Of a stretch of DNA of 64,000 nt, positions 29,683-40,674 are shown piece by piece. The notes under the pieces are model-generated. The model was given only the letters and a program-made list of their open reading frames with translations, was not told the origin of the DNA and made no database searches. Each line of letters starts with the position of its first letter. The stretch's first letter is position 1. Source of the DNA: Leptolyngbyaceae cyanobacterium (GTDB lineage Bacteria > Cyanobacteriota > Cyanobacteriia > Phormidesmidales > Phormidesmidaceae); the NCBI GenBank assembly GCA_965263355.1, contig CBDHHL010000032.1, forward strand, positions 1,216,001-1,280,000. The letters are read 5' to 3'. The position numbers and the translations under genes were made by a program.

Positions 29683-29903
29683 GACCCTTCGAGCTTGAAC
29701 ATCGCCATAGTCGATGCCCCTGGTTAACAGATTAGAGCGCTAAACTGAGTATGTTGATTAAGCGGAGATTGTCAAGCTGCTGGTCAATGGCCGGTTATGA
29801 ACCACGTTCAAGTTGAAACCTGTAGAGTCTTTACCGGAAAAACTCTAGTTCTGGACGTGGCCAAGTTTCATTAGCTCCATTTTTAGTTCTACGTCCTCTG
29901 TAT

Positions 29904-31820
29904 ATGAATAAATCCACCTCCCCATCGTCTCCTCACGTTCCGTTTAGACGTCGTACCATCCGTACGCTAGCGACTGGATGGTTTTTACTCCAGAGTCTGA
30001 TCGCAGCTCCTTTGGTGGCGATTCAACCCGTTGCTGCCCAGGCTGAGGGGAATGATGAAACTCCAATTACCTATGGCCAGCTATTACAAAAGCTAGATCA
30101 GGGTGAGGTACAGGAAGTTGAGCTGGATAACCTGCGTGGAGTGGCCCATGTCCGCCTGAAAGGGGATCAGGAAAATGAACCTCTACAACCGGTAGCTTTA
30201 TTTGCAAACGATATTTACAATCAGCATCTGTTGCAAAAGCTACGTAGCAGTGATGTTGACTATAAGGTTAGGGAAAATTCGGATAACAGCGCGCTGACAG
30301 GATTAGCGGTTAATGCCTTACTGGCGCTGATTGTTGTATTTGCGCTACTAATGATTTTGCGCCGGTCTGCCAACTCTGCCAGTGGAGCAATGAACTTTGG
30401 CCGTTCCCGTGCCCGATTTCAAATGGAAGCCAAAACTGGGGTGATGTTTGATGATGTGGCAGGCATTGAAGAAGCCAAGGAAGAATTGCAAGAAGTTGTT
30501 ACTTTTCTCAAAAATCCTGAGAAATTTACCGCGATTGGTGCCCGTATTCCTAAGGGGGTATTGCTGGTAGGTCAACCAGGTACTGGTAAAACCCTCTTAG
30601 CTAAAGCGATTGCTGGTGAAGCTGGCGTGCCATTTTTTAGCATTTCGGGGTCTGAGTTTGTCGAAATGTTTGTGGGTGTGGGGGCTTCCCGCGTACGCGA
30701 TCTGTTTAAAAAAGCCAAGGAAAATTCCCCTTGTATCGTCTTCATTGATGAAATTGATGCCGTTGGTCGTCAGCGTGGTGCTGGAATTGGTGGTGGTAAT
30801 GACGAGCGTGAACAAACTCTCAATCAGTTACTGACCGAAATGGATGGATTTGAAGGCAATAGCGGCATCATTGTAATTGCTGCTACCAATCGCCCTGATG
30901 TGTTAGACGCGGCTCTGTTGCGTCCAGGTAGATTTGACCGACAAATAACCGTTGATTTACCCAGCTATAAAGGTCGGCTGGGGATTTTAGATGTACATGC
31001 ACGGGACAAAAAAATAGCGGATGATGTCAATCTAGAAGCGATTGCCCGTCGTACCCCTGGATTTTCTGGGGCTCAATTGGCCAACTTGCTCAATGAAGCA
31101 GCTATTTTAACGGCTCGTCGTCGCAAAGATGCTGTCACCATGGAAGAAATTGATGATGCCATCGACCGTTTAACCATTGGCCTGACCCTGACACCTCTGC
31201 TTGACAGCAAAAAAAAGCGACTAATTGCTTATCATGAAGTTGGCCATGCCCTGGTAAGCACAATGCTGAAGCATTCAGATCCATTAGCTAAGGTGACGAT
31301 TATTCCTCGTTCCGGTGGTATAGGTGGATTTGCTAGCTATTTACCCAAAGAAGACCGAGTCGATGATGGTTTGATCTCCTATGCTGAGCTAGTCGACCGG
31401 ATCACCATGGCCTTAGGGGGGCGAGCTGCCGAAGAAATCGTCTTTGGGCCAGATGAAGTCACCCAAGGTGCGGCTAACGATATTCAACAGGTTACTAATA
31501 TTGCTCGTCAAATGATTACCCGTTTTGGTATGTCCGAGCTTGGATCATTTGCGATGGAATCCCCTAGCAGTGCCATATTCCTGGGACGTAGCGACCTGAT
31601 GCAGCGTTCAGAATACTCTGATGAAATGGCTGCCAAGATTGATCAGCGTGTGCGGGAAATTGCGATGACGGCCTATACTAAAGCCCGCTCAATACTAAAA
31701 AATAACCGTTCTTTGCTAGACCGATTAGTAGACCGGCTAGTGGAGAAAGAAACTATTGATGGTGAGGAGTTTCGTGGCATTGTCAGTGAATACGTAGACC
31801 TACCTGCCACCACTCAGTAA
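29904..31820 (+). CDS. ftsH: ATP-dependent zinc metalloprotease FtsH
   Basis: [24 protein letters not shown] and HEVGH zinc motif. Confidence 0.97.
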   Translation: MNKSTSPSSPHVPFRRRTIRTLATGWFLLQSLIAAPLVAIQPVAAQAEGNDETPITYGQLLQKLDQGEVQEVELDNLRGVAHVRLKGDQENEPLQPVALFANDIYNQHLLQKLRSSDVDYKVRENSDNSALTGLAVNALLALIVVFALLMILRRSANSASGAMNFGRSRARFQMEAKTGVMFDDVAGIEEAKEELQEVVTFLKNPEKFTAIGARIPKGVLLVGQPGTGKTLLAKAIAGEAGVPFFSISGSEFVEMFVGVGASRVRDLFKKAKENSPCIVFIDEIDAVGRQRGAGIGGGNDEREQTLNQLLTEMDGFEGNSGIIVIAATNRPDVLDAALLRPGRFDRQITVDLPSYKGRLGILDVHARDKKIADDVNLEAIARRTPGFSGAQLANLLNEAAILTARRRKDAVTMEEIDDAIDRLTIGLTLTPLLDSKKKRLIAYHEVGHALVSTMLKHSDPLAKVTIIPRSGGIGGFASYLPKEDRVDDGLISYAELVDRITMALGGRAAEEIVFGPDEVTQGAANDIQQVTNIARQMITRFGMSELGSFAMESPSSAIFLGRSDLMQRSEYSDEMAAKIDQRVREIAMTAYTKARSILKNNRSLLDRLVDRLVEKETIDGEEFRGIVSEYVDLPATTQ

Positions 31821-31873
31821 GCCTAGCCAAGATTTAACGCATAGGCTCCCGTCCACTGAACTGTCAACTTAAT

Positions 31874-31901
31874 AGGTGCCCTTGACTTTACAGGGGCACT
31901 T
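31874..31901. terminator. Hairpin between convergent ftsH and a hypothetical gene
   Basis: AGGTGCCCTTG...CAGGGGCACTT imperfect stem. Confidence 0.5.
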
Positions 31902-31973
31902 CACCGCTTAACCCTAAGCGCGATTTTAGATTTAACTATGAGCCTTCAACCTTTAGCTCAGCAGGATGGTTAC

Positions 31974-32264
31974 TTATTCGATGGGCTCACCATCTAAAAG
32001 CTCAATTCGACCAGAGGAACGTAGGCATTCTAAGCGCCAACGCTGACCTGATACCCGACCAGGTAAGAAACCCAAGATGGTTAGGTGATTTTCACCGTGG
32101 TCAGTTTTTACTTTAACCAGCAAGTCATCCTTACTTTGACTGACGATGAGTGCCTCTATTTCAAACTCACCTTCACGATTCCAAGGTAGTTCGTACTGTG
32201 CCTCAGGCTCTTGAGAACGAAGAACAGCGCGAGTGTTTTCGGCTTCAGACATGGGAGCAGTCAT
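31974..32264 (-). CDS. Hypothetical protein
   Basis: 96-aa ATG ORF filling the intergenic space; no family recognised. Confidence 0.6.
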   Translation of the reverse strand: MTAPMSEAENTRAVLRSQEPEAQYELPWNREGEFEIEALIVSQSKDDLLVKVKTDHGENHLTILGFLPGRVSGQRWRLECLRSSGRIELLDGEPIE

Positions 32265-32448
32265 AGTTAGTTGGGTGGTTGTCGAACAGGAGTACAGCTG
32301 TAATGTACCCAGCCACTCGCAAAGATGGCTTTAGCTAGACGATAACATTTTGGCTGGTTGATCGATTGTGCTGCAGATCATAAAGGCCAAGGAGTGTAAA
32401 ACATAAAGCTTGGAGAGAGGGGGGAACTTGGAAGGCAATGAAGCGTCC

Positions 32449-33138
32449 TTACCTAACTGCTTGCTGATCATCATACATGGCTCGTAATACCATCGCCGGG
32501 TCTACCCAACTACTTTCAAACTTGAGGCCCCAGTGTAAGTGGGGGCCAGTGGTCCGTCCGGTCATGCCAACACGGCCAATAGGCTGACCCGTGCCAATGT
32601 TGGCTCCTTCTCGAATCCGAATGTTGCCATCTGGGTCTACCATGACCTGTTTATTGCCTTCGCGGGTAACGTAGCCTTGCATATGGCAGTAGATATGTTG
32701 CCAATCGCCAGATTCAATCACCACTGATGTACCACAGGCACTATCATCTGATACTTCAACCACACGTCCCTCCCACCAGTTGCGGATATAGCTACCGAGG
32801 GGAGCTGCGATATCTAAGCCGTAATGAAATTGTTCACCCCCGTAGGGAGATTGGCGATAGCCAAAGGGAGAGGTGTAGGCCTGGAAGTTTTCCACTGGGA
32901 ATGAGGCGAAACTCCAGGGGCTGATAGCTCTGGCCAATTCAACTTCCGCTGCCTTAGCTGATTTACGTTGAGCTGGAAGGATGAGGCTGGTCAGGGTCCA
33001 AAGGGATAAACCGCCTACAAGTAGAAAATTGATGTAGAGACGTGAGCGCCGTCGAGGAAATTTTACCTTTCTTAAACGACTCGTAAGAGCTTGGGTAAAC
33101 CCTTTTAGAGCAATGGATTTAACAGAACCCAATTTCAT
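32449..33138 (-). CDS. M23 family metallopeptidase
   Basis: HYGLD and TGPHLH zinc motifs, N-terminal TM; start uncertain (33138 or 33174). Confidence 0.9.
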   Translation of the reverse strand: MKLGSVKSIALKGFTQALTSRLRKVKFPRRRSRLYINFLLVGGLSLWTLTSLILPAQRKSAKAAEVELARAISPWSFASFPVENFQAYTSPFGYRQSPYGGEQFHYGLDIAAPLGSYIRNWWEGRVVEVSDDSACGTSVVIESGDWQHIYCHMQGYVTREGNKQVMVDPDGNIRIREGANIGTGQPIGRVGMTGRTTGPHLHWGLKFESSWVDPAMVLRAMYDDQQAVR

Positions 33139-33387
33139 ATATCCGGAAAACTTTGAACGATTAGCTTGGAACAATTAGCACTTTAAAAGTTTCCCAGGTC
33201 AACACAACAATCAGGGGAAGATGGAAGGTTGGTTGACTGAGCATAGTGCCAATACAATATATGGAGTTTTTCCTAACCTGTGGCCATGACCAAACGTTAT
33301 TGACTAAGGACAGAGTTAGGGCTGCTTGTCGCATTGCCCGCTAATGTACATCAATTTCTTTGAAATGCATACAAAATTGTTTTTTTG

Positions 33388-33801
33388 ATGGTTAAAAAAG
33401 TTCTTTTACAGGATTCGACTCACTGGTATCAGCAGGGCATGGTGTTTGATGGGCAAGGCCAGTCTCAGAATGCGATCGCATGTTATACCAAAGCCATTGA
33501 GCTGCAACCTAACTACTATGAGGCCTGGGTAAGACGTGGATTAGCCTTAATGTTGCTAGAGAAGTTTCAGCCTGCAATTGCCAATTTCAATCAAGCCGTT
33601 GCCCTAAAAATGGATTTAGATTTGGCCTGGTATCTCAAGGCCTACTGCCATGCCCAGATGCAGGCGGATGAATTTGCTTTGCTGGCCTTACAAAAGGCCT
33701 TCGCCCTCAATTCCCAGCAGTGGATTGACATGGCCAATCGAGAACCTGCGTTTGATCATCTTAGGCAAGATCCACGATTTCAAGAATTAGTCGTTGGTTA
33801 G
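33388..33801 (+). CDS. TPR repeat protein
   Basis: About three TPR motifs and a FDHLRQDPRF C-terminal cap. Confidence 0.85.
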   Translation: MVKKVLLQDSTHWYQQGMVFDGQGQSQNAIACYTKAIELQPNYYEAWVRRGLALMLLEKFQPAIANFNQAVALKMDLDLAWYLKAYCHAQMQADEFALLALQKAFALNSQQWIDMANREPAFDHLRQDPRFQELVVG

Positions 33802-33903
33802 GTGTCTTTCCAGCACAGCGTCTCAGGGAAAACTCACGCTTTTCTGCTATCTTCTGTTATCTAATGGTGGGCGTGTGATATTCATCTCAGTTCCCTAGCG
33901 ACT

Positions 33904-36168
33904 ATGCAGGCAACGACTTCGATTTATACGGATTTATTTTTTGTCGGTGGGGGACACACCCATGCCATTGTGTTGCGAAAAATTGGCATGAAGCAATTGC
34001 CTGCCGGGGTGCGTCTAACGCTGATTACTAACCTGGTAGATACGCCCTATTCGGGTATGCTACCTTGCCACATTTCAGGGCTTTATGACTTTGACCAGTC
34101 CCATATTGATTTGCGGCCCCTGACCCGGTTTGCCAATTGCCGGTTGATTATGGATGAGGTGGTGAATATTGATGCGGATCGACAGGTGATCTATTGCCGT
34201 CGTCATCCGCCGATGCGATACGACGCCTTATCGATTGATATTGGCAGTACACCAGCAACGGTGTTTGTGCCGGGGGCAAAAGACTATGCAATTCCGGCTA
34301 AGCCCGTACCCAATTTGCTCAGGGCCTGGCATCAGTATTTGCAAGGGCTAAATCAGGCGACAGACTCAGCCACGATTGGCATTGTGGGTGGGGGAGTGGG
34401 TGGGGTGGAGTTGGCCCTAAATATGCAGGTGCGTTTGCAGCAGATTGTCGGGCCAGGGGCAACTATCCATGTTTTTCATCGCGGTGCCCAGCTAGCGACA
34501 GGACGGAGTCGAGCCACCCAGCGGCAACTGGCTAAGATTTTTCGCGATCGCAATATCCACACTCACTTATCGGAAACCGTTTGTGCGGTAAAGCCGATGG
34601 TCACCGATACTGTTTCGGAGACAGTTTCAGATGCAGTGCAAGTGCATTGTGAATCGGGGTTGACGGTGACGTGCGATCGCGTTTTCTGGGTAACCAATGC
34701 CAGTGCAGCTCCCTGGCTTACCCATACGGGGCTATCGACGGACAAAGATGGTTTTCTTTTGGTTAAAGACACTCTGCAAACGTTGTCGCACCCCAATGTA
34801 TTTGCGGTAGGGGATGTGGCCACCATGGTCAACCATCGTCGCCCTAAGGCTGGCGTCTTTGCTGTCCGTCAGGGACCGCCTTTATATAACAATCTTCAAC
34901 GTTATTTTTCTCAGCAGCCGCTCCAGGCCTTTAAACCCCAGCATCAGTTTCTCAATATTATTGATCTGGGTACGGGCAGTGCTATCGCCTCCCGTGGGCG
35001 TTGGTCTGCGGAGTCTGGGTGGTTTCGCCGCTGGAAACATCACATTGACGGCCAGTTTATGGCCCTATTTGAGCAATTTCCAACTATGGAGAATCAACGC
35101 CACCCGTCATTAGAAAAAACAAATGTAACGCCCCACTGTGCAGGATGTGGCTCAAAGGTAAGTAGTTCTGTGCTCCGTCGAGCGTTGAATCGGGCCAGGG
35201 CAGAATTTCCAGAAATGGACCGTTGGCCGAACCCAGTGAAGGTAGGTCTGGACTCACCTGACGATGCTGCTGTGATTGCTGTACCCGCCGGTATGTTGGC
35301 GGTGCAGACCGTAGATCAATTTCGGGCGATTGTAGATGATCCCTATGTCTTTGCCCAGATCTGTGTGAATCACTGTTTGAGTGATTTATTTGCCATGGGA
35401 GCAACGCCTCAAACCGTATTGGCTCTGGCAACATTACCCTATGGCACAGATGCTGTACAAACGGAAACGCTCTATCAACTAATGGCAGGCAGTTATCAAG
35501 CGTTGACCCCTACTCAAACTTGGCTGGTCGGTGGGCACACGACCGAAGGCTCGGAGTTAACCTTGGGATTTGCTTGCAACGGCTGGGTTGCCCCTGGTGA
35601 AGTGTTAACAAAACAAAATCTCAAACCTGGCCTCAGTTTGATTTTGACTAAACCCTTAGGCACAGGGGTGTTGTTTGCCGCAGATATGCAGCGAGCGGCT
35701 AAAGGCCGCTGGATCGAAGCTGCTGTTGATAGTATGGTGCAATCGAATCAGATGGCTGCTAATTGTTTCCGAGACCATAGTGTGGCGGCCTGTACGGACA
35801 TTACTGGATTTGGTCTATTAGGCCATCTCTACGAAATGCTGTCGCCTGGGCTAGCGATCCATCTGAACTTAGGAGCATTGCCCCTATTGCCAGGTGTAAA
35901 CACCTGTTTCGAGGCTGGTTATCTCAGTTCTCTTCACACCCGTAACCAACAGATTGAACATTACCTCCACAATCCTCAGCCTGAGCGGGCTAACTACCCC
36001 TTGTTATTTGACCCTCAAACCTCTGGAGGGTTGCTAGCAGCAATTCCTCAAGACTGTGTGAGCAATTGCTTGGAGGCTCTAAAAAATAAGGGCTATAGTC
36101 ACAGTCGCTATATTGGTGATGTAGTGCCTGCTGTAGTGGGCCAAGCTCCTTTTACAATCAGAGAGTGA
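33904..36168 (+). CDS. selD: Selenide,water dikinase fused to an N-terminal FAD/NAD(P) oxidoreductase domain
   Basis: N-terminal VGGGHTH, GGGVGGVE and FAVGD; C-terminal CAGCGSK, DDAA, GGHT, DITGFGL and DPQTSGGLL. Confidence 0.93.
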   Translation: MQATTSIYTDLFFVGGGHTHAIVLRKIGMKQLPAGVRLTLITNLVDTPYSGMLPCHISGLYDFDQSHIDLRPLTRFANCRLIMDEVVNIDADRQVIYCRRHPPMRYDALSIDIGSTPATVFVPGAKDYAIPAKPVPNLLRAWHQYLQGLNQATDSATIGIVGGGVGGVELALNMQVRLQQIVGPGATIHVFHRGAQLATGRSRATQRQLAKIFRDRNIHTHLSETVCAVKPMVTDTVSETVSDAVQVHCESGLTVTCDRVFWVTNASAAPWLTHTGLSTDKDGFLLVKDTLQTLSHPNVFAVGDVATMVNHRRPKAGVFAVRQGPPLYNNLQRYFSQQPLQAFKPQHQFLNIIDLGTGSAIASRGRWSAESGWFRRWKHHIDGQFMALFEQFPTMENQRHPSLEKTNVTPHCAGCGSKVSSSVLRRALNRARAEFPEMDRWPNPVKVGLDSPDDAAVIAVPAGMLAVQTVDQFRAIVDDPYVFAQICVNHCLSDLFAMGATPQTVLALATLPYGTDAVQTETLYQLMAGSYQALTPTQTWLVGGHTTEGSELTLGFACNGWVAPGEVLTKQNLKPGLSLILTKPLGTGVLFAADMQRAAKGRWIEAAVDSMVQSNQMAANCFRDHSVAACTDITGFGLLGHLYEMLSPGLAIHLNLGALPLLPGVNTCFEAGYLSSLHTRNQQIEHYLHNPQPERANYPLLFDPQTSGGLLAAIPQDCVSNCLEALKNKGYSHSRYIGDVVPAVVGQAPFTIRE

Positions 36169-36207
36169 AATCCCTGGGGATTCATCTGTCCTTTCACTCG
36201 TTATGTA

Positions 36208-37242
36208 GTGACCCAGCTGCTTCAGATTACTGACTTTTGGCGGGCCTCTGGCCCAATTTTAGATGTGCGTAGTCCTGGTGAGTATGCCCAGGGACACCTG
36301 CCCAAAGCGGTTAGTTTTCCTCTATTTTCGGATGACGAACGGGCTCAGGTGGGGACCTGTTACAAACAGAAAGGCCAGGAAACTGCGATTGAATTGGGCC
36401 TGGAACTGGTTGCCCCTAAAATGGTGGGTTTGGTCAAACGGGCCAAAATTTTGGCGGCTCCAAAACGTCAGGTGAGGGTTCATTGCTGGCGTGGGGGTAT
36501 GCGCAGTGGGTCCGTGGGCTGGCTGTTGGAGACGAGTGGTTTAGATGTCAAGCTATTGGCAGGGGGATATAAAGCGTTTCGTCGCTGGGTTAGACGTACA
36601 TTGTTCACACCAAAGCCTCTGATTATCTTGGGTGGTATGACGGGGACAGGCAAAACTGATATTTTGCATGCGCTTAGGGATTTGGGAGAGCAGGTTCTAG
36701 ATCTGGAAGGATTGGCTAATCATCGTGGTAGTAGTTATGGTGCCTTGATGTTGCCGCCTCAGCCCAGTACTGAGCAGTTTGAGAATCTGATTGCAGAGCA
36801 GTGGACGGCATTTGATTCCCGGCGTCCGGTTTGGATTGAGGCTGAAAGTCGCCGGGTAGGGACCTGTCGAGTGCCGGATGAAATCATGGGGCAAATGGAA
36901 GCAGCGTATACCCTTGAGGTGGTTCGCTCAGAGTCAGAACGATTAAAAATATTGGTAGATGTCTATGGTCAGGCCAATCCAGATGAGTTAATAGTCGCAA
37001 CTGAGCGTTTACGTAAGCGTTTAGGGGGACTACGAACTCAGAAGGCCGTTGAGCACATTAGGAGCGGTGAACTCGCGGCTGCGGCTGCGATTATCTTGAC
37101 GTATTATGATCGTACTTACCGTCATGATCTGGTTCGTCGCGGTAAGCAAATTCCCAAGGTAGATGTATCTGAGATGTCTGTTTTTCAGGCAGCCGAGCAT
37201 TTATTATGCCAGGTGAATGATTGGAATTGGTACCGCAGTTGA
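36208..37242 (+). CDS. mnmH: tRNA 2-selenouridine synthase
   Basis: Rhodanese DVRSPGEY and CWRGGMRS, P-loop GMTGTGKT, ANHRGS; adjacent to selD. Confidence 0.94.
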   Translation: MTQLLQITDFWRASGPILDVRSPGEYAQGHLPKAVSFPLFSDDERAQVGTCYKQKGQETAIELGLELVAPKMVGLVKRAKILAAPKRQVRVHCWRGGMRSGSVGWLLETSGLDVKLLAGGYKAFRRWVRRTLFTPKPLIILGGMTGTGKTDILHALRDLGEQVLDLEGLANHRGSSYGALMLPPQPSTEQFENLIAEQWTAFDSRRPVWIEAESRRVGTCRVPDEIMGQMEAAYTLEVVRSESERLKILVDVYGQANPDELIVATERLRKRLGGLRTQKAVEHIRSGELAAAAAIILTYYDRTYRHDLVRRGKQIPKVDVSEMSVFQAAEHLLCQVNDWNWYRS

Positions 37243-37444
37243 TCTCTGAAGAGGGGAGAAAAAACGCAAGGTGTTGTGTGCTTTGAATAACGGCAGTTAT
37301 TTCTGTGAGATATCAGCTTAAAGCGGAATGTTTTCACAAGGGGGAAATCAGGAATCAGGAGTCACTGGTTTCTGGCTTTTAACCTAGAAAGCTTTCCCAG
37401 CTTAAGTTGACATTTTTTTGTGCTTTTCAGTGTTTGGATTAACC

Positions 37445-37699
37445 ATGAGCTATCTTCATTACGTACTGCCCGCTACAATTACTTTCCTCGTAGCGTTGTA
37501 TGCATTTTTCCAAGATACGACAGCTTCTAAGGTAAGTACGCTGAACTGGGCGTTTGTTCTGGTTACAGGGCTGCTTTGGCCAATTACTTTGCCATTTATT
37601 ATTTGGAAAAAGCTATTGGTGCTCTTCAATATGAGCCGAAAAGATCAGAAAGATGGTGTTGAAATAAAGTTTAGGCGGAGTCACACAATTTGGTACTAG
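37445..37699 (+). CDS. Small hypothetical membrane protein
   Basis: Two hydrophobic segments and LWPITLP; 3' end overlaps the convergent radical SAM gene by 29 bp. Confidence 0.6.
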   Translation: MSYLHYVLPATITFLVALYAFFQDTTASKVSTLNWAFVLVTGLLWPITLPFIIWKKLLVLFNMSRKDQKDGVEIKFRRSHTIWY

Positions 37700-39332
37700 G
37701 GGTGTCACCACCCAGTCTGGGGGCTTCCATATGGGCTTCGGCGGCTTGTAAATGCTTCACTAGCATAGTCTTGGTTAGGGGGCCTTCTAGGTGATCCCAG
37801 GGTAATGCCTGGGTGGTGGGCCAATCCCCATAGACATAAAAGTCTAGAGGCGGTAGTGCGCCTTTTAGTTCCTTAAAGGCACGGCGATAACTACCCAGGG
37901 AATCGCCATAGTGGCGGGTTAGTTCTAGGAGTTGGCCGATGCGTCGATCACCTCTGGAAATTAATGTTTGGATGACGGACCAGTTATAGCTTTCTGGTCT
38001 GAAATCAATGCCCTGGGAGCGCAATTTCTTTTGCAAAAATTTCAAGCGTTTTTCAGCTTTGCGGTTCACCCCGTACCACTGAAAGGGGGTGTGTGCTTTT
38101 GGGACGAAAGTACTACAACCTAGGGTGAGGCGTAATCCCTGAGCAGCTTTTTTTAACCGCAGCATCAGGGTAGCGGTTGCTTCAAGGTCAGCTTCTGTTT
38201 CGCCAGGAATACCAGCCATGCCATACAGTTTGACGCTACTCAATCCCCCAGTTTTAGCATTGACGACGGCCTGTTCAATATCGGCAGTTTCAAGCTTCTT
38301 ATTGATGGTGTTACGCACCCGTTCTGAGCCACTTTCCACGGCGATGGTAATGGATTTAGTACCGTGATTGACGAGGGTGCTGGCTAGTTTTTTATTGACT
38401 GTATTGGTTCGTACAGAGGCAATGCTTAGGCGTACATCATCGTAGGCGGACTGGTTAATGTAATCCAGTAACTCCTCAAAGCCTGGGTGCTGGGTGACTG
38501 AGGCTCCTAGCAGCCCTAAGCGTTTGGTCACCATCAGTCCTCGTTCAATGGCGGGAATCAGGGAGTCATCCAAACTAGCAGTGCGGAAGGGCAGGGTGAG
38601 ATAGCTGGCTAAACAAAAACGACACATTTCTGGGCAGCTGCGTACCACTTCCACCATAAAAATATTTTCCCAGGCGGCTTTTTCGGTGACTACGGTTGAG
38701 GCCAGCAGCACGTTGCCCCGATATGTTTGTTTTTTTACAGTGGCAGGGATGCCGCTTACGGGCTCGATGTGGCTAATGGGACCGGTGGGGTCAGTATAGA
38801 CAGGCTGATAAAGGCTGGGTATGTAAATGCCAGGTACTTGAGCAAGCGCCTTTAGCTGTTCCGGACGACTGGCAAACCGGACCGACTTATAGGTGTCGAT
38901 AAATGTAGGGATTAGCTCTTCTCCATCTCCCAGCAGCACAATGTCAAAAAAATCTGCAAAGGGCTCTGGATTAGCAGTAAGAACTGGACCGCCGCCAAAA
39001 ATAAGCGGATGGTGATGGGTGCGATCGCAACTACGAATAGGAACTTGTTGCTGCTCCAGCAAATTTAAGATATTGATATAGTCCAATTCCCATGACACCG
39101 AAAATCCCATAATTTCAGGTCTAGAGGAGAGATTACTGGCCAAATCTGTAAACAGGCGACCCACAGCCAGGTCACTACGTCCGGCTAGCATGGCCCAAAT
39201 TACCTGGTATCCCAGACTAGTAATCCCAATGGCGTATTCGTTGGGAAAGGCAAACACAATGGGAATGGCATCGGAACTGGAAGCAGCAGGCTTAAAGAGT
39301 AGATGCTCAGCTGCAAATACAGAGAGGGTCAA
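37671..39332 (-). CDS. Radical SAM protein with N-terminal B12-binding-like domain
   Basis: CPEMCRFC (CxxxCxxC), FPNEY..G.TSLG, GGPVLTANPEP and FVPKAHTPFQW. Confidence 0.88.
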   Translation of the reverse strand: MTLSVFAAEHLLFKPAASSSDAIPIVFAFPNEYAIGITSLGYQVIWAMLAGRSDLAVGRLFTDLASNLSSRPEIMGFSVSWELDYINILNLLEQQQVPIRSCDRTHHHPLIFGGGPVLTANPEPFADFFDIVLLGDGEELIPTFIDTYKSVRFASRPEQLKALAQVPGIYIPSLYQPVYTDPTGPISHIEPVSGIPATVKKQTYRGNVLLASTVVTEKAAWENIFMVEVVRSCPEMCRFCLASYLTLPFRTASLDDSLIPAIERGLMVTKRLGLLGASVTQHPGFEELLDYINQSAYDDVRLSIASVRTNTVNKKLASTLVNHGTKSITIAVESGSERVRNTINKKLETADIEQAVVNAKTGGLSSVKLYGMAGIPGETEADLEATATLMLRLKKAAQGLRLTLGCSTFVPKAHTPFQWYGVNRKAEKRLKFLQKKLRSQGIDFRPESYNWSVIQTLISRGDRRIGQLLELTRHYGDSLGSYRRAFKELKGALPPLDFYVYGDWPTTQALPWDHLEGPLTKTMLVKHLQAAEAHMEAPRLGGDTPSTKLCDSA

Positions 39333-39542
39333 AATAGGTGCCTATAGCAAAGGGTCTTACTGTTTATCATAGGGATTCACCCATAGACTACTACACTGGG
39401 CTAAGCCATGCAGCCGAACTGAAGACAGCGGCAATTAACTAGGTGTTCATACGGTTATTAGCGCTTTGCAGAGCACATTAGTATGGATGCGTACGTAAAT
39501 TCATTCCAGCATCGAGTTTGGTCGTTGGTTGGAGCTTGAGGA

Positions 39543-40562
39543 ATGCACGATAACAATTTTTCAAAGTTACTCTCCGATTGCCCCACCCCAACAGTACAAA
39601 GACCTTCTAGTTTAGATAATGCAGCTGCTGACTCCCTAAAGGAGGGGTTAGCATTCTATCGCCAAGGTCAGTATGACTCTGCATTAGATATTCTGCAGAC
39701 TGCCATCAAGACAAGGGAACTCACCCAAAATTGTCTGTTAAAAGGCAAAATTTATAGTGCGATTGCTCTGGTACAGTATAGTCAAAGGCAGTATCTTTGG
39801 GCCCTAGAGCCAGCCCGTAAAGCACTTGATATTGGTAGAAGTCTTAATCATATCTCCCTGCAACTGTCAGCACTGGATCAAATTGGGAATAGTTATCGAC
39901 ATCTTAATGACCTTGACAAAGCCTTGAATGCACTGCGGCAAAGTCATCGTCTGGCAGAAGAAGTTAATAATGATAAAGCTCTGAGCCATAGCCTCAACAA
40001 TTTAGGCCTAGCCTATAAAGCTAAAAAAGATTACTCTCAGGCAATTGATTGCTATGAGCAAAGTCTGAAGTTAGCTCAAACCAGTCAAGATGCCAAAAGC
40101 TTGGGGCAAATTTTGCGCAATGTTGGCAACCTGTATCATCGTATCGGTAACTATGACAAAACGATTGAGTATTACAGCCAGCTATTGGAGTTAGAGACGT
40201 CTAGGCTAGATAAATCTACCACTATCAAAATTTTGCGCAATTTAAGTACCGCTTGCTATGCGTTGGGTCGCTATGAACTAGCCGTTCAATATTTGAAGCA
40301 GCGCCTCAACCTAGCTCGAGATCTAAGCGACCTCAAAGCCCAAGAACAAAGCCTAGATAATCTGAGTATTAATTACGATGCCCTAGGTCAAACCGAGTAT
40401 GCCATTCTTTATCAAGAACAACGACTTCAGGTATGCCTAGCATTAAAGAATTTTAACTTGCAGCAGCAAGCACTCAAGACGTTAAAGACTACCTGCCTAG
40501 CGGCAGGAGACTTTGACCGAATTCTTAAGTACAAGCATTTGCTTAACAGCCATAGAACATAA
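39543..40562 (+). CDS. TPR repeat protein
   Basis: Multiple 40-aa-type TPR units (SLNNLGLAY, LRNVGNLY). Confidence 0.88.
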   Translation: MHDNNFSKLLSDCPTPTVQRPSSLDNAAADSLKEGLAFYRQGQYDSALDILQTAIKTRELTQNCLLKGKIYSAIALVQYSQRQYLWALEPARKALDIGRSLNHISLQLSALDQIGNSYRHLNDLDKALNALRQSHRLAEEVNNDKALSHSLNNLGLAYKAKKDYSQAIDCYEQSLKLAQTSQDAKSLGQILRNVGNLYHRIGNYDKTIEYYSQLLELETSRLDKSTTIKILRNLSTACYALGRYELAVQYLKQRLNLARDLSDLKAQEQSLDNLSINYDALGQTEYAILYQEQRLQVCLALKNFNLQQQALKTLKTTCLAAGDFDRILKYKHLLNSHRT

Positions 40563-40623
40563 GTAAATCAAGTCCTATGGCTGCTAAAAACTGTCAATAA
40601 TTTGGAACGTAACTGATCGTGTC

Positions 40624-40654
40624 AAGCCCCCTGAGCTAATAACCAGAGGGCTTT
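40624..40654. terminator. Hairpin between convergent TPR gene and gap2
   Basis: AAGCCCCCTG...CAGAGGGCTT imperfect stem. Confidence 0.55.
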
Positions 40655-40674
40655 AATGCTAGAAAGTGTGGAAT

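Noticed and set aside
33904..39332. Selenocysteine recoding, tRNA-Sec or a selenium role for the neighbouring radical SAM gene
   Set aside because: No in-frame TGA in selD, no tRNA-Sec or selA/selB seen; the radical SAM gene is on the opposite strand and separated by another ORF.
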